63,973 nt of DNA from Octopus vulgaris (lineage: Eukaryota). This document shows positions 26,784-41,194 of this stretch, piece after piece; positions within the stretch are counted from its first letter, which is position 1, and each line of letters opens with the position of its first letter. The DNA lies in assembly GCA_951406725.2 (NCBI GenBank), contig OX597815.1:102734028-102798000 (forward strand), given 5' to 3'. A program made the translations under genes and the position numbers. Below the pieces are notes generated by a model. It did not search any database. It was not told the DNA's origin and saw only the letters and a list, made by a program, of their open reading frames with translations.

Positions 26784-29700
26784 TGACTTAAACAGGATTC
26801 GAATAATCCTATCAGGTGGTGCTATTAAGTTAGACATGGCCTGGACCAATCTCTGGTCGAAACATATCTAAGTTTTATCTAAGTTTTATAGACAATATTC
26901 GTGTTTACAAATCAATATGAACTTGTATTATCGACTCTGCTGGACTCATACGACTTGTTTATCTCGATGCGATTTGAATTTAGAATGTGAAAGAAGGTAA
27001 CTAAGTAGAGCAACATAACATAATAATTGACCCCGTAACGAGGGAGGTTCTGTGCTGTTGGACGACCTTCTTGAAATAGTTACGAAATCACATGCTATCG
27101 TCTTAAATAAAGAATAATTTAACTTGAAAAGACAAAGCAGGGCTACAACTAAAAAGCGTTTCTTAATGAATTGGCGTCATTTGCACTTATATGGCAAGGA
27201 TGTAACCTTACGAAATGAAAGGATACGTACTGCTAATGTTGTACCCTAGCATGGTCGCCGTCACAGGAGTGCAGCAAAAGAAAACTAAAAGAATAACAGA
27301 ATGCTTAGTTTCATTGATATCAACTTAGATTGTATTAAATTCTAAGTGACCTTGAGGGAAGTAGACTGCCAGAAATTGTTATAGTTATAATTGGATTTAA
27401 TTTTCCTAGTAAAAAAGTATCGCAAAAGTGTAATAGGACGACTGAATGTAGTAGCATCTGAATTCAAATATATATATATATATGCTCCAAACAATTTAGT
27501 GAACCATAGTGTTGTCATACTAGTCATATTTCTGTACTTCTTAGTTTGATACTCACTAAACATTTGGAAGCCTCTAAGAGGGTGAAAAATATGTTGTTAG
27601 GAGAGAAAAACTCAAAATGTACTAAGAGAGTATGACAGAAATAGTTGAAAGGGAAGGAGAGAATTATCAATTATGGCATAGTCTTATCTCTCTATCCGAG
27701 AGAAGTTATAATGTGGAAACTGATGTTATTGGCTTAAGTATTTAACTAAATGGATAATGCGCTATTTATTTAAATTGGTATTTTCTCAAATAATCCTTCT
27801 ATCTACTATATTTCAGTGGTCAGTTATAGGCGAAATTAGCTGTTGTATTAGTACAGACAATTTCTGAATGGGTGCTCTCTTAGCTCTATTTACCGATCGG
27901 TGTGCACATCAATCTGTAGACAACGATGTGCTCTGGAAAATTGTTCTTTAAAGTAAAAATCTGCTTCAGCTGTTATATAGATTTATCGTCCCATATTATG
28001 TTGCAACATTTTTGCCTTCCTGGATATTCGGTTCCCAGTGCATAACTGTTGTTACTACAAAGTATTAATAACTAATCTTTCTTATTATTGGCTATGTTTA
28101 ATATCTGGCTGTAATATCCTACAGGCCTAATGTGTTTGCCTTCATCGGAGAATAATTTATTTATACACTTGATGATAAATATTAAAAAATGCCTGACATC
28201 GTTGGGAAGATGGCTTCATTGTTTGTAGATACAGAAATATGCACATTGCACTATCATGTGAGTTTTTGTTAGGAAGTGGTATTGTTCTGGATTCATAGCA
28301 AACCTGAGAGTCCTGTGCTTAACTTTGATAGATCCTGAGAGTTCCTCAGTGCTGATTTGTTTAATGCAATTATTAGTATTGTGATTGATGATAAATATAC
28401 ATTCACTACTAATGTTTGAAATATTAGATCTGTCCTCCAACACATATTCACTACAATGCCATTATGATCACCATTTGGTAGAGTAAAATAAATTTACAAC
28501 TCGCATGCTAGCATCAAAGTCGCTCCTTCTTTCATTCTTTAGTCAACAAGAAGCGTTGTGAAAAAGCAGGATTTATGAGCCATGCATTATAGTCGGAGTT
28601 TTAGGGGTTGTTAGATAATTTTATAGCATATCTTCATAAGTTTGTGATTGTGTGTGCATGTATATATATATGCATTTCTTCATTACCTTGCATTGAGTAG
28701 TAACAGCAGACCCATGGAAATTGTGAATTTCTTTCACTCTCTTTTTCTCTCCCTTTGTTTGCCACTCACTCCATCTGAATATATCTGCTTATCTTTTTTT
28801 GTACACACACACATATATATAAGTATATATACATATGTGTGTGTATGTGTGTATGCGTGTGTGCGTATGTGCGTGTGTCCATGCGTGTGTGCATGTGTGC
28901 GTGGATACATATATAATGAATCTATATGAGAGTGTTTGCTATGAAACCATCACGGTACACTTTTAGCTAATGTTAAATTATGAAGGCATATAACTTATAT
29001 AACTGCTTCTACAAATTCCTTGTTCTTTATACTTTTTATTAAAGTTTTCCTTATATAATTACTATGGTACAACGTTATTGACCAGCGTCAATAGCATCAT
29101 TGACCAAAATGATGCTAAATAGGCACTTAATTGGGGAGCTGAATGTTAGCCGTTTATTTTCATTCGGCCATTGCAATCGAGAAAGAGGATATTAACTGCA
29201 ATTAAGCATGCAATTAAACATGTATAAGCGAGTGTTATTATGTGTTATGTTTAAAGCAAATCTGTGTTCATGTATTCACGCAGGCGCTGCCTCTTATACA
29301 TTGCTTTCATTTCAAATATTTAATGTGCAAAAGAGGGCGGTCTCTAAGTTATCACTGTTATGGATGCATTCATTTTAATGAAAATAATTTATGTATAAAG
29401 TAGGACTTGCTCTTAGCAGTGACTGTTGCACTGGATTTGTAAAATCCATAGTGATTCAAATCAGAGTTAACTTGACATTTCATTTCACCAAGATCGATAA
29501 GTTCATATATAACAATAATATTAGGAGATAGTGTTATGCTTTGCTAATTTTAGCTTCAGTGAAATGATTGATGCTATATTTTGTATATTAGTATTCTGTA
29601 TAACATGGTCGCTATAGTCTATAGACAGATATTGGAAGGGCTGAATTGACACAAACACTACGGGAGCTTTAGATTTGCTTTTCTTTATAAAACATGAAAA

Positions 29701-30904
29701 TAAATATCCAATGTTACTATCTTTTTTTATCAAATCCCTAAATTAAATAAGAGGGACAGTGTTCTCGCAATCTTATAATTAAAGGCGTTCTCTTTGTGAC
29801 TATCTTCTTTTTCATTCCGATAACATATCTACGATTAAATTATGAAATTTGTTACATTTTCAAGATAAGAGAATACGATTTTAGTGACATTGACATTAGG
29901 CTACTCTTTCTAGCAGACCGAGTGACAGTGAAACTACCTCCTCGATGGCTAGTATCAACTAACTGACTTCAACTGAACGATGGTAGCTCTACTAGAGAGT
30001 GTGCGTCAATTTTATGTCTCATAGTTTAGATACTTATAGAGCAGCAACTTTGGTTCATGTTAAGAGAAAATGGCATCTTGTCAGAAAAGTTTCGAATTAA
30101 AGGTTCCATCGGTGTGTTTCTACTGACCGAGCTGTAGGAATAATTTTCGAACTACTGCATAGACAAGAGTTAAAATCATACACCGTTGCCTTTTCTTTAA
30201 TGGTGTTGGATGCGTTAGAAACCATGATAAATCATATGACACTCGAGTATAGGAAAAAGGAAACGAAAAGAGAATTAACCAGAACAACCCAGTGATCTTT
30301 GTACCTGACAATCTAGTGAGACATGCACATACAGCTGACTTTTCTCCAAGAGTCTAGCTAAAATACCTTTAATATGATTCAGTCTGAAACACTAAGTGTT
30401 TTTAAGGTAGGTAATATCGATTTGAAAAGGTATCAGAGTAAAATGTTATTAAAGACTCAACAATGGATGCGATGGCTAGATTTTTTTCGATCAGTTTGAC
30501 AGGTCTCATATTCTACTTGACACTATCAAAACATCTTTCATGTTTTGTGGAAGAAACTTTAATGATAAGTTTACACCATCACAGATAGCTCGATGAGGGA
30601 ACAACCTGTGATTTTGTATGCCAGACAATTTTCAACAACATATCTTTTTCACTGAGCTACTGTCTTTTTTCAAGCGTAAATTGTTGACTCGTGCTTGTCC
30701 TCTAGAATGCTAGCAAATCTTCTAGATGGGTACTGTTGTTGCCAGAATGTCTAAGAACACATAACTTAGAAGTCTCTATAGAATGATTGTGGAGAGAATG
30801 AGTAACAATATTCATGGGAAATCTTCAAATAGCGGTAGGGAGATATTCAGTCTAGATATTGATCTCAGTTATTTGGAAAAAGGCCAGAAAGCTGGAGAGC
30901 GAGG

Positions 30905-31040
30905 GTAAGTCGATTAGAGTGACCCCGAAATGTCAAAAGGCAGAGTCGGTCTCGACGGAATTTTAACCAAGAAATGACGGACGAAATATGGCTAAGCATT
31001 TCGCCTGAAGTGCTAGCGATTCTGCCAGTTTGCTGCCCTG
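30905..31040 (-). mobile_element. Old SINE fragment (family also at 46352-46760)
   Basis: The reverse complement (agggcagcaaactggcagaatcgctagcac...gccttt) matches the head at 46352 (agggcagcgaaatagcagaaacg). Confidence 0.6.
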
Positions 31041-31534
31041 CATATATTCTAGGTATTAGTAACTATTTATAAAACCACTGGGTAGTTCACAGCATTTTTT
31101 TAATAGATAAACGTGGTTGCTCATTCAGAATTGTCCAATAACTGAGAGAGTAAGGAGGATAAAATGTAGATAGATATATACATAAGAATAAAGATAGAGA
31201 GAGAGAGAGAGGGGGGTGCAGAGAGAGAGGGTTGAAGGCGAAAGAAATAGAGTCAAACAAATGTACCAAACCGTGATACACGCGTTTGTGCTGTGTCCAC
31301 AAGTCGCTGGTAACTGTAGGAAGAAACGATGTACCTCTGGATAGAACAAAAAAATGAATATTCCTTTAGTGCATTTATTCAGCAAGTATGAGCAGGTGCT
31401 TTATAACAAAGTGGAGTTTGTACTTCATATAATGGTTTGATTCAATCCGCTATTCACATCCCTACATACGTCGGCCTGTGTAAAATGTATTATTGATAAC
31501 TTTCGTCGACGTTGCTCTTTTAGGCCTATGGTTT

Positions 31535-31622
31535 ATTTTAATTGACACTACTCTAATTGTAATTTAATTGGCACTACCCTAATTGTATTTTAATTGACAC
31601 TACTCTAATTGTATTTTTATTG
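31535..31622. repeat. 26-bp minisatellite, about 3.3 copies
   Basis: Unit ttttaattgacactactctaattgta repeated with 0-3 mismatches and no spacers. Confidence 0.9.
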
Positions 31623-33156
31623 CATGTGGTGGAAGAATTTGTAAAGAGAATAAATATATGAAAATCGAAATGTACGAAAAAGTGTTGTGTATAGTTTAAC
31701 TGGTATTTATGTCTGTCGGATGTGCCTTATCAGCGATATTTATTTTTATAGCATTCAGATAATGTCGACATTGATGACAGATGTATACATTCTCAGCCCT
31801 TTTAATAAGATCTCTCCTCTTCCTCAATCCTCAACTGCCATCTTTTAATTCCAATCTTTTCTCATTTGATACCTCTTTAATAATATTTTACTTTTCCGAG
31901 GGGATTTTCTTAATAACATTTTCCTTAAATAGATTGCTGATGATGGTTTTGTGATATTGAAGATGAACACAACGATAAAGTGAATGACTGTGATACTGAT
32001 ACGCAAGCAAAAGAGGAGAGGAAATTGAAGATGGTCGCCACTCAGACATCCATGACGATTATGACGACGATAAGTACGATGATGACGATGTAAGTTTGGT
32101 AGATACTGCTGATAGGGGAGTAATGTTAATAACAATATTCACATTTAATCCTGTTGACATTTTCCCCCGATAACACGTATTTTTGCCTCATTAATCTTCA
32201 TATTCTCTTTAACAGATAAACAGGATCTCCTATAATAAACTATTTCAAATTTCTGTTAAAATAGCATAACTGATACAAGTGCAAGCTAACATAAAGTCTT
32301 GTTTAGTTAATCCAGTTCATTATGTCTAGAAACCAACTGAACAGATTCATATAAACTAGTCATTTACTGGCAAAAATGTAAAAAGGAAATGGTAATTCAT
32401 AGAATGGAGTTGGAGGCGGCGATGACGTGATGATAAACGGGTCGAGGCAATCCAAGGATGTTAATCAGATAGTGAATCAATGCTTAGAATCTGGTAGCAA
32501 CAACCAAATGGGACAAATACAGCAGTGATAATGTGTGTGAGGTAGTGACAGTGTGATTCTGTATACAACCAGGATGCAATATTAATGTTGTGACAATCCG
32601 CGAGTGATTATTTAAGAATTGAATATCAGAGTGTGACAAGCAGGCTTTGGCAATTATTGCAAGATAACAATGAGGTTTGAGAGCAATCAGTGCCACAAAA
32701 AATTAGGTGCAAATTATCTTACTTGCTAAACTAAAATCAGAAACCAATTGATCCAGGAAACTAGATGGTAAAAGTTTTTTTATTTTTCATTTCGTGCCTT
32801 TCGGGATGTTATCCCTAATCTTGTGGTTCTGGAACCTAGCTGTCCTTTCTAGCGTGATGAATCCCTTGAGTGGATTCCACGTATGTGTTTAATGTACCCT
32901 GTATTTTAGAAGTGATACATAGTCTTTGGATTAAATTTTTACACGCTAGGCCACTAGAAGTGAAAATGTCTATTATTTTCCATTTCCCTTCGATATAATA
33001 AAGTATTGTAAGTTTTTGGATAATTTTCGAATTTTAAGAGTTGGCAATTTTTTTATTGCCGACGAGGAGCTGCGCCTGCACAGCAAATTTGAAAAGATTA
33101 GTATGTATAAACATGAGGCATATAATTAATTGCCTCGTGTTTATATATTTAATCTG

Positions 33157-34182
33157 AGGCTGATTAATCTTGAGATCGCTCCGATCCGGCCAGACCCAAG
33201 GAAAAACTAAGCTACGAGCATTAGATTTCTTGGAAAAAGGATCGATATATACGAAACACAGGATGTCACACGATGCCACACGAATATAAATACAAAAAAC
33301 AATAATGGTAATAACATGACAAAAACAGCGGGTGTCTTACGACTGTAGACAGTTCAACTTAGCTTAGCTGCGTATTTGGAAAAAAATGTCTTTACGGCAG
33401 GCGAAGAAATCGATGTTGTCGTGGCGATGGTCAGAAGCCGAAAGGCTAGTTGACCGGCGGTTACGTGAGATGAGAAGAGAGAGAAAAAAGGGGACAAAGG
33501 AATCAAAGAGAGAGAAAAAGAAGGACAAAGGCACCAAAAGGGGGGGGGGAAAGAAGGAATTAAAGAGGGGAGAAGAAAGAGAGCGTGCCAAGGATTGGCT
33601 TGAAGACAGAATCAGTGAGGTGCAAAGTGAGAAAGACACAGACTAGTGAAGTATAGAGAAAGTGTGAGTAGAAGTCGTACAGTAGTGGAATTCTTACATA
33701 CATAAGAGAACAAGATAATATATGTATAAAATAATATATATATAAATAATATATGTAATAATATATGTATAAAAAATATATATAAAAATACAAAATGGGA
33801 CACGAACGCAAAACACTCAAAGAGACGACACGAAAGACGGACGGGTCATTCGAAGCCTCTAATCTTCAGTCAAGAATCGGATCATCCTCGCAATTTCGGC
33901 TGATTAATCTTGAGATCGCTCCGATCCGGCCAGTCCCAAGGAAAAACTAAGCTACGAGCATTAGATTTCTTGGAAAAAGGATCGATATATATGAAACAAG
34001 GACAGAAAAACGGACGATGCCACACGAATATAAATACAAGAAACAATAATAGTAATAACAGGACAAAAACAGCGGGTGTCTTACGACTGTAGACAGTTCA
34101 ACTTAGCTTAGCTGGCGTATTTGGAAAAAAATGCCTTTACAGCAGGCGAAGAAATCGATGTTGTCGTGGCGGTGGTCAGAAG
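33157..34182 (-). repeat. Non-coding repeat family A, partial tandem pair (33157-33690 and 33785-34182)
   Basis: The block ggctgattaatcttgagatcgctccgatccggccag...ggtcagaag occurs twice in direct orientation. Further copies are at 50931-51675 and 54315-54444. Copies abut TA-rich or CA microsatellites. Strand is inferred from the CTGANGA motif. Confidence 0.85.
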
Positions 34183-34194
34183 TCAAACACACAC

Positions 34195-34226
<32 letters not shown>

Positions 34227-34228
<2 letters not shown>

Positions 34229-34538
34229 CACCGTGATCACCATGACCGACCAGGCTCTCAGATGTTGCTACACATCGCTGGTCATAATGCGCTTCGCATT
34301 GTTTTAGCCTTCAAATGATGCCACCCCACTGGCTAAGCGAGCAGGCCAACAGAGGAAAGAATGAGAGAGAGTTGTGGCGAAAGAGTACAGCAGGGATCGC
34401 CACCAACCCCTGCCGAAGCCTCGTGAAGCATTAGGTGTTTTCGCTCAATAAACACTCACAACACCCGGTCTGGGAATCGAAACCGCGATCCTACCACCAC
34501 GAGACCGCTGCCCTAACCACTGGGCCATTGCGCCTCCA

Positions 34539-34540
<2 letters not shown>
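34227..34540 (-). mobile_element. tRNA-derived SINE (second family), near full length
   Basis: Minus strand starts agtggaggcgcaa, with A box TGGCCCAGTGG and B box GGTTTCGATTCCC. A 230-nt non-tRNA body follows, flanked by (TA)n. Confidence 0.85.
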
Positions 34541-34598
<58 letters not shown>

Positions 34599-34602
34599 TA
34601 CA

Positions 34603-34661
<59 letters not shown>

Positions 34662-34662
<1 letters not shown>

Positions 34663-34827
34663 GGCGCAGGAGTGGTTGTATGGTAAGTAGCTTGTTTACC
34701 AAGCACATGGTTCTGGGTTCAGTCCCACTGCGTCGCATTGTGGACAAGTATCTTATAGCCTCAGGTCGACCAAAGCCTTGTGAGTAGATTTGGTAGACGG
34801 AAACTGAAAAAGCCCGTCGTATATATG

Positions 34828-34900
<73 letters not shown>

Positions 34901-35112
34901 ATCTGTGTTTTTCCCCCCAACATCGCTTGACAACCGATGCTGGTGTCTTTAAGTCCCCGTAATTTAGCGGTTCGGCTAAAGAGACCGATAGAATAAGTAC
35001 TAGGCTTACAAAGAATAAGTCCTGAGGTCGATTTGCTCGAGTAAAGGCGGTGCTCCAGCATGGCTGCAGTGAAATGACTGAAACAAGTAAAAGAATAAAA
35101 AGAAGAAGAATA
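34662..35112 (+). mobile_element. tRNA-derived SINE with internal (TA)/(TG) microsatellite
   Basis: A box tggttgtatgg and B box ggttcagtccc. Body and tail match 53311-53716. Confidence 0.9.
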
Positions 35113-35759
35113 AAGTATATATATAACTTTAAGGTATGTGTTAAGACTTTTTATTGGTCGATTTCTCTCTCTCTGTCACGCTGGAAGAAGATGCCAGTAT
35201 TTGGACTGCTAAAGATGGTGCAGAAAAATAGTTTAGATAGGTAAATTGAGCAATAAGACACTGATACTGTACTATGGAGACAGAGAGGGAGAGGATACAA
35301 GGAAGCTAATACGAAATAGCTTTCCCACAAAAGTTAAACTCGAACATAGTGGAATATTGGAAGAGCAGAATAACGCATGTAAGAGAGAATGGATGGAAAG
35401 AAGTGAGGTAAAGTTTCAAAATAGGGAGAGATAGAGTTTGAAAGAAATATAAGTGATAATGAAAGCTCAATGGTCACATCAATGTAAACAACATTGTAAA
35501 GTAAATGTCATTGACACTAGGGCAGCAATCTCGCTAGGACGTGGATATCAATAAATTCCTTAGAGAGACAGCTGAAGATGAGTACGTTCCATTTGCGTTG
35601 TCTTTTATGTGTTCTGATCAATTCTGCTCCATTTCTCCCATTTTTGATTCTAACGCAGACTTTTATACTTCAAAGTTGCATAAATTGCTCTGACAGCATT
35701 TAATGTCAGTCTCATTTCCTTCGTCTTTCCTACATTATCTCTTCCCGTCTCGCTCCTTT

Positions 35760-35790
<31 letters not shown>

Positions 35791-37043
35791 GACCCCTTAT
35801 TTTCCCACTCTGATACTTTGTCAATTAAGCTTGCAAAAATACCAATATTTGTTCTCTTAGATATTTGCTCAAAGGAACGTCAGAGTAACTAATTATGTTT
35901 CGGTTTTGTTTTGTAATATTTTTAACGTAAAAGTTTAATATGTCAGTCTAACTGTGCTTGTTACTGCGTTAACCATAGATATTTTTTTATTATCCTGGTA
36001 TTTTTTGCTGTCAAAGTCTCTAGACAAATTTTAAAATTTTCCTTTTTTTATTGTCGTCTCGTTACCACTGTATCAATCCTGAATATTCAAATACGATTGT
36101 TAATGATGCCACTAGATTAGCGATGCTATGTACGGCAAAAATACCTTACACCATAATTAGTCAGGTCATAGAAATTAAAATTCCAGAAACTTAAAATGTC
36201 TTTTAATTACCTCTCCTTTCCTTTCAGAGTTTCTAGTAATTGGCAAATGGATGTTCTTCCTTTTAAAATTTTTTGAGAAAAGATTAATTTATATATATAT
36301 TTACACTAAATATGGGGATCTAGTTCACAGGTGATCTAAACGATTTGGTACGTGCTGTAACAGATTACTAGGGCTCCAAGGTTATAGCATAGACGGTAGT
36401 TATGGAGCCATTCAAGATTTCCGATATAGAAGATATATAATTGTTAAGGAGGTCGACAAACGTTAAGGCAAGGCAACCATCTCAAGTCATATACATTGTT
36501 ATTATTGGAAAAAATTCATACTACATTGTATATAGTATGGGATATTTCGTCATCGGAGACAAATGGAGAAAATGAGAAGAGTGTAGGTTAATGAAAAAAT
36601 GACATAGAGGACAGGAGTAAAGGAATAAGGATTTGAAGAAAGAGAAGAAAACGAAGCATAAAGGTTCACAGTTCAAATTTCCATTCTTGTAGATTAATTC
36701 AGGGTTGCACCTAAAAACTTATGGACATATTTCTACAAGATCGAAAAGTTCAACTATGAACTTTTATGCTTCTTGTTTCTTCTCTTTCTTCATCTCCTTG
36801 TTCCTTTATTCCTGTCCTCTATGTTGTCTTTTCATTAATGATTGCCCTTCTCATTTTCACTATTTGTTTCCGACGACGGAATATTCCATACTCTGGAATA
36901 TCCCAGACAAAGCTGTAAGACTTTGAATTTTTTTCCAATAATAATAATGTATACGACTTGAATGTTTGCCTTGCCTTAACGTTTGTTGTCCTCTTTAACA
37001 ATTATATATAACCCTCCGCAAAAAATCCCAAATTATATCTAAT

Positions 37044-38215
<1,172 letters not shown>

Positions 38216-38229
38216 TATGTATGCATATG

Positions 38230-38871
38230 AGGGTGGAGCGCTTTTTCACGATTTTCAATTTCGTGATGGGGTTAGAGCGGAAAAGTTGTGAAAGGACATC
38301 AATGTAGCTGGTGTAAAATCTTAGACCTCTGTGACAATATCTTCTGTCTCCACAAATGCATCGAAAAATGGAAAAAGTGAAAAAAGAAAAACGCCTCTAA
38401 TACCTATATAGTACATTTTTCATTGCATCTGCTTCGGGTAGCTTTGAAATGATTGTGATGAAACTACTCTTAAATACGACTACAACGTGATATTTGTTTT
38501 TTTTATCGTAAATACATCTGCCTCCTCAAACACCTCAAAATATGCAAAAATATCGTAAATATTGTAATTTATCAAATTCAGAAAGTTTTACATCTAAATG
38601 TAAATTACAGTACACACTCGTCCCTGCTTGTGTAGGGAGAAGTTGAAGTCACAGAAAAAAAGAAATACATTTTAAAGCCGTATTTTAGAGTAATTTTATC
38701 ATAGTCATTTAAAAGGTACCAGAAGAAGATACACTGAAAATTGTATTCTATAACTAATAAATAAGTCGAGGCGTTTTTTCCATTGTGTTTACACCAGTTA
38801 TTTTGATGTCCATTCAAATCGTTTCTACACTACCCATTACGAAATCGAAAATCGTGAAAACACGCTCCACA
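38230..38871. mobile_element. Non-autonomous DNA transposon / foldback element with very long imperfect TIRs
   Basis: 38230 agggtggagcgctttttcacgattttcaatttcgtgatggg matches the reverse complement of the right end, agtgtggagcgtgttttcacgattttcgatttcgtaatggg. Similarity continues inward (ggacatcaa, ctggtgtaaa, aaaacgcctc, tactct.aaatacg) to about 38490/38670. Confidence 0.85.
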
Positions 38872-39164
38872 CTGACGCAGTGATCCAGCAGGGTGCAGTC
38901 AAATGTTTGAAACAAGTAAAATATGTGTGTGTGTGTGTGTGTGTGTACATGCAATATATTATATTGATTCATATGGGGAATACTACATAATGACATACGG
39001 AATTTAAGCAAACCATTCAGCGACGGAGTAGTCCTAACAGAAGAACTTTCATTTCAAGCGAAAATGCTTTTCTTGTGTGATGATCTCGCTCGCTGTGGGG
39101 CAGTTAGCTCCTCTGTCACTACATAGACATGTGCTTCTTTATAGCCGTCTTTGTTATCTGATAT

Positions 39165-39335
39165 ATAAGTGGCTCTGTTGTAAGAAGCTTGCTTTCCAAC
39201 CACATGGATCCGGTTTCAGTTCCACTGCGTGGCACCTTGGGCAAGTGTCTTCTACTATGGCCTCTGGTCAACCAAAGCCTTGTGAGTGGATTTGGTAGAC
39301 AGAAACGGAAAGAAACCCGTCGTATATATGTGTAT
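39165..39335 (+). mobile_element. SINE 5' half (53311 family)
   Basis: gtggctctgttgtaagaagcttgc...gcgtggcaccttgggcaagtgtcttctactat...ggatttggtagacagaaac. Confidence 0.85.
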
Positions 39336-39749
39336 GTGTTTTCAAGTCACCTAATTGTTTGTCTTAATCATGAGCAACACGGATGTGGCTTTTCCCTTCT
39401 CTTGACGCACATTCTTTCTCACAACAATACCCTGTGTACGGCTTCATTGATAACATCTAAGGCTTCCATTATGTAGACGGACACGTCCACGCACCTTACA
39501 TGTTAAATTGTCTGTGCGCCATCATACTTAGGTAAATTCAGATCAAAAACCTTAAGTATACCTTTCTTGATGCGATTTTTTTCAAAATCCCCCCTCTATC
39601 CATCATCATGTTCTGTTTTCCCTCGAGATGAATAACTTAGAGTAAGGCTTTTTGACCAGTTTCCGAAATTTTATGATCTTCGGTGTATTTTTGATGCATT
39701 AGGTGTAGTTTAATTTTGCTCGTTCGCTAGTTTTTTTCCTTGGCATACA

Positions 39750-40120
39750 GAAATGGCTCAGGGATACGACCGTCTCATCTTAATCACTGAAGTCCTTAGT
39801 ATTCTCATTCGATACTGATAGACTTATTGCGCATGAAATTTTAGTGTCACGTCCATATATTTCTCATCGAATATCGTTCATACGACGAAGACATTGTGGA
39901 TTGTTGTTGAAGTCGCACCATATGACTCCGAAAACTACCAAATCTTATATGCATATAGCACCCAAGACGATGCACACATATTGTAGACCTTCAAAATTGT
40001 CGCATTTGAAATTCAATGTTGTGACTCGAAAACATGCACTTAATTTTCCGAATACATCATTGGCTTTCTTAAGTTACAGGATGACTTCATCTCCAAGAGT
40101 ATTTGTCATGTACACGGTAA
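39750..40120 (-). mobile_element. Possible decayed RTE-clade LINE RT remnant
   Basis: Minus-strand fragments loosely resemble YRGITLL and GFR..RST...I..LR..EK (ATSTTIHNVFVV*TIFDEKY). Confidence 0.3.
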
Positions 40121-40151
40121 TACTTACATACATCCAAACATACACACACAA

Positions 40152-40182
<31 letters not shown>

Positions 40183-40240
40183 ATTTAAAGAGAACAGAAA
40201 ATAGCACATATTCTTCTCTATGCTCTTCCTCTTTATTTAT

Positions 40241-40361
40241 TCTTCACTCTGATGAAGCTCCATATCTCAGATCGGTTTTATTACCAAATATGATAAGTAA
40301 CTTTAGTATATGAATGGCAAAACCATAGAACATTGGAAGAAGAAACAGCTGTTAGATGAGA
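40241..40361 (+). ncRNA. Partly decayed type-I hammerhead motif with long stem II
   Basis: tcttcact-CTGATGA (40249-55), then about 85 nt, then GAAA (40342-45)-CAGCTG-T-T-agatgaga. Both core boxes are intact and stem III is the palindrome ACAGCTGT. Stems I and II are eroded. Confidence 0.65.
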
Positions 40362-40616
40362 TGCAGACTATTTCTATTGATTTAATAAATTATAATTGAT
40401 ATAAGTCAATTGTTGTTAATCAGTATTTCTCCATTTTTTACTTTCTTTAAATTTTGATTCTTGATACATTCATGTTTATCCTTGTCTTTACCTATAATTT
40501 ATGAGCATAATATACCTGCATATGTACGCCCATCATTAAGCATAGATAATATATCGGTAGTTTAATGGATACTTATATCCGCAAGACAGTTATTTTAACC
40601 TCTAGCTCAGCTAAGC

Positions 40617-40716
<100 letters not shown>

Positions 40717-40860
40717 TATATGTATATATTTCTATTGCAATTTTGTGTACACTGTAAAGTTTTGCTCCTCGGTGTATGTTTTGGGCGTTAATTGCCGCTT
40801 CTTGAGGTGCAGAAATCTAGCTGCGAATTAGAAAGACGTGATTCACAGCAGAATAAAACT

Positions 40861-40896
<36 letters not shown>

Positions 40897-41119
40897 GTTC
40901 TCCTTATTATTAATTTGTTTGTGTGTGTGTGTAGACATACATACATGGATGAATGCAGCGAACATATTATTTCTATGTTGTCTATCTGTGCATTTGCTTC
41001 TAAATGCATGCTTCTTTGTTCATATAGAATTTAGATGGTAGTATCATTTTGTAAACATAAAACATGCATAGATATGTGAGTGTGCATATATGTGTATATA
41101 TACATACATACCTACTTAC

Positions 41120-41194
<75 letters not shown>

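Larger units (their letters stand above)
24619..26890 (+). mobile_element. Young 5'-truncated CR1-group LINE with short structured 3' UTR and tandem-repeat tail
   Basis: Intact RT ORF. The 3' UTR has hairpins ggattcgaataatcc and gacca-atctc-tggtc, then an 11-nt tail unit tatctaagttt x2 instead of poly(A). No clear TSD. Confidence 0.9.

Noticed and set aside
24615-26849. Short antisense or alternate-frame ORFs overlapping the LINE
   Set aside because: Shadows of the RT ORF with no recognisable motifs.
31535-31622. CRISPR-like 26-bp repeats
   Set aside because: The units are contiguous with no spacers, there are no cas genes, and the context is eukaryotic.
33878-33900. HDV-like ribozyme suggested by TCCTCGC
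   Set aside because: No P3/P1 pairing could be built around it, and the 51 kb copy reads tcctagc.
34460-34540. tRNA gene (also at 16070, 34662 and 53311)
   Set aside because: The A/B boxes run into SINE bodies, with no proper acceptor stem or terminator.
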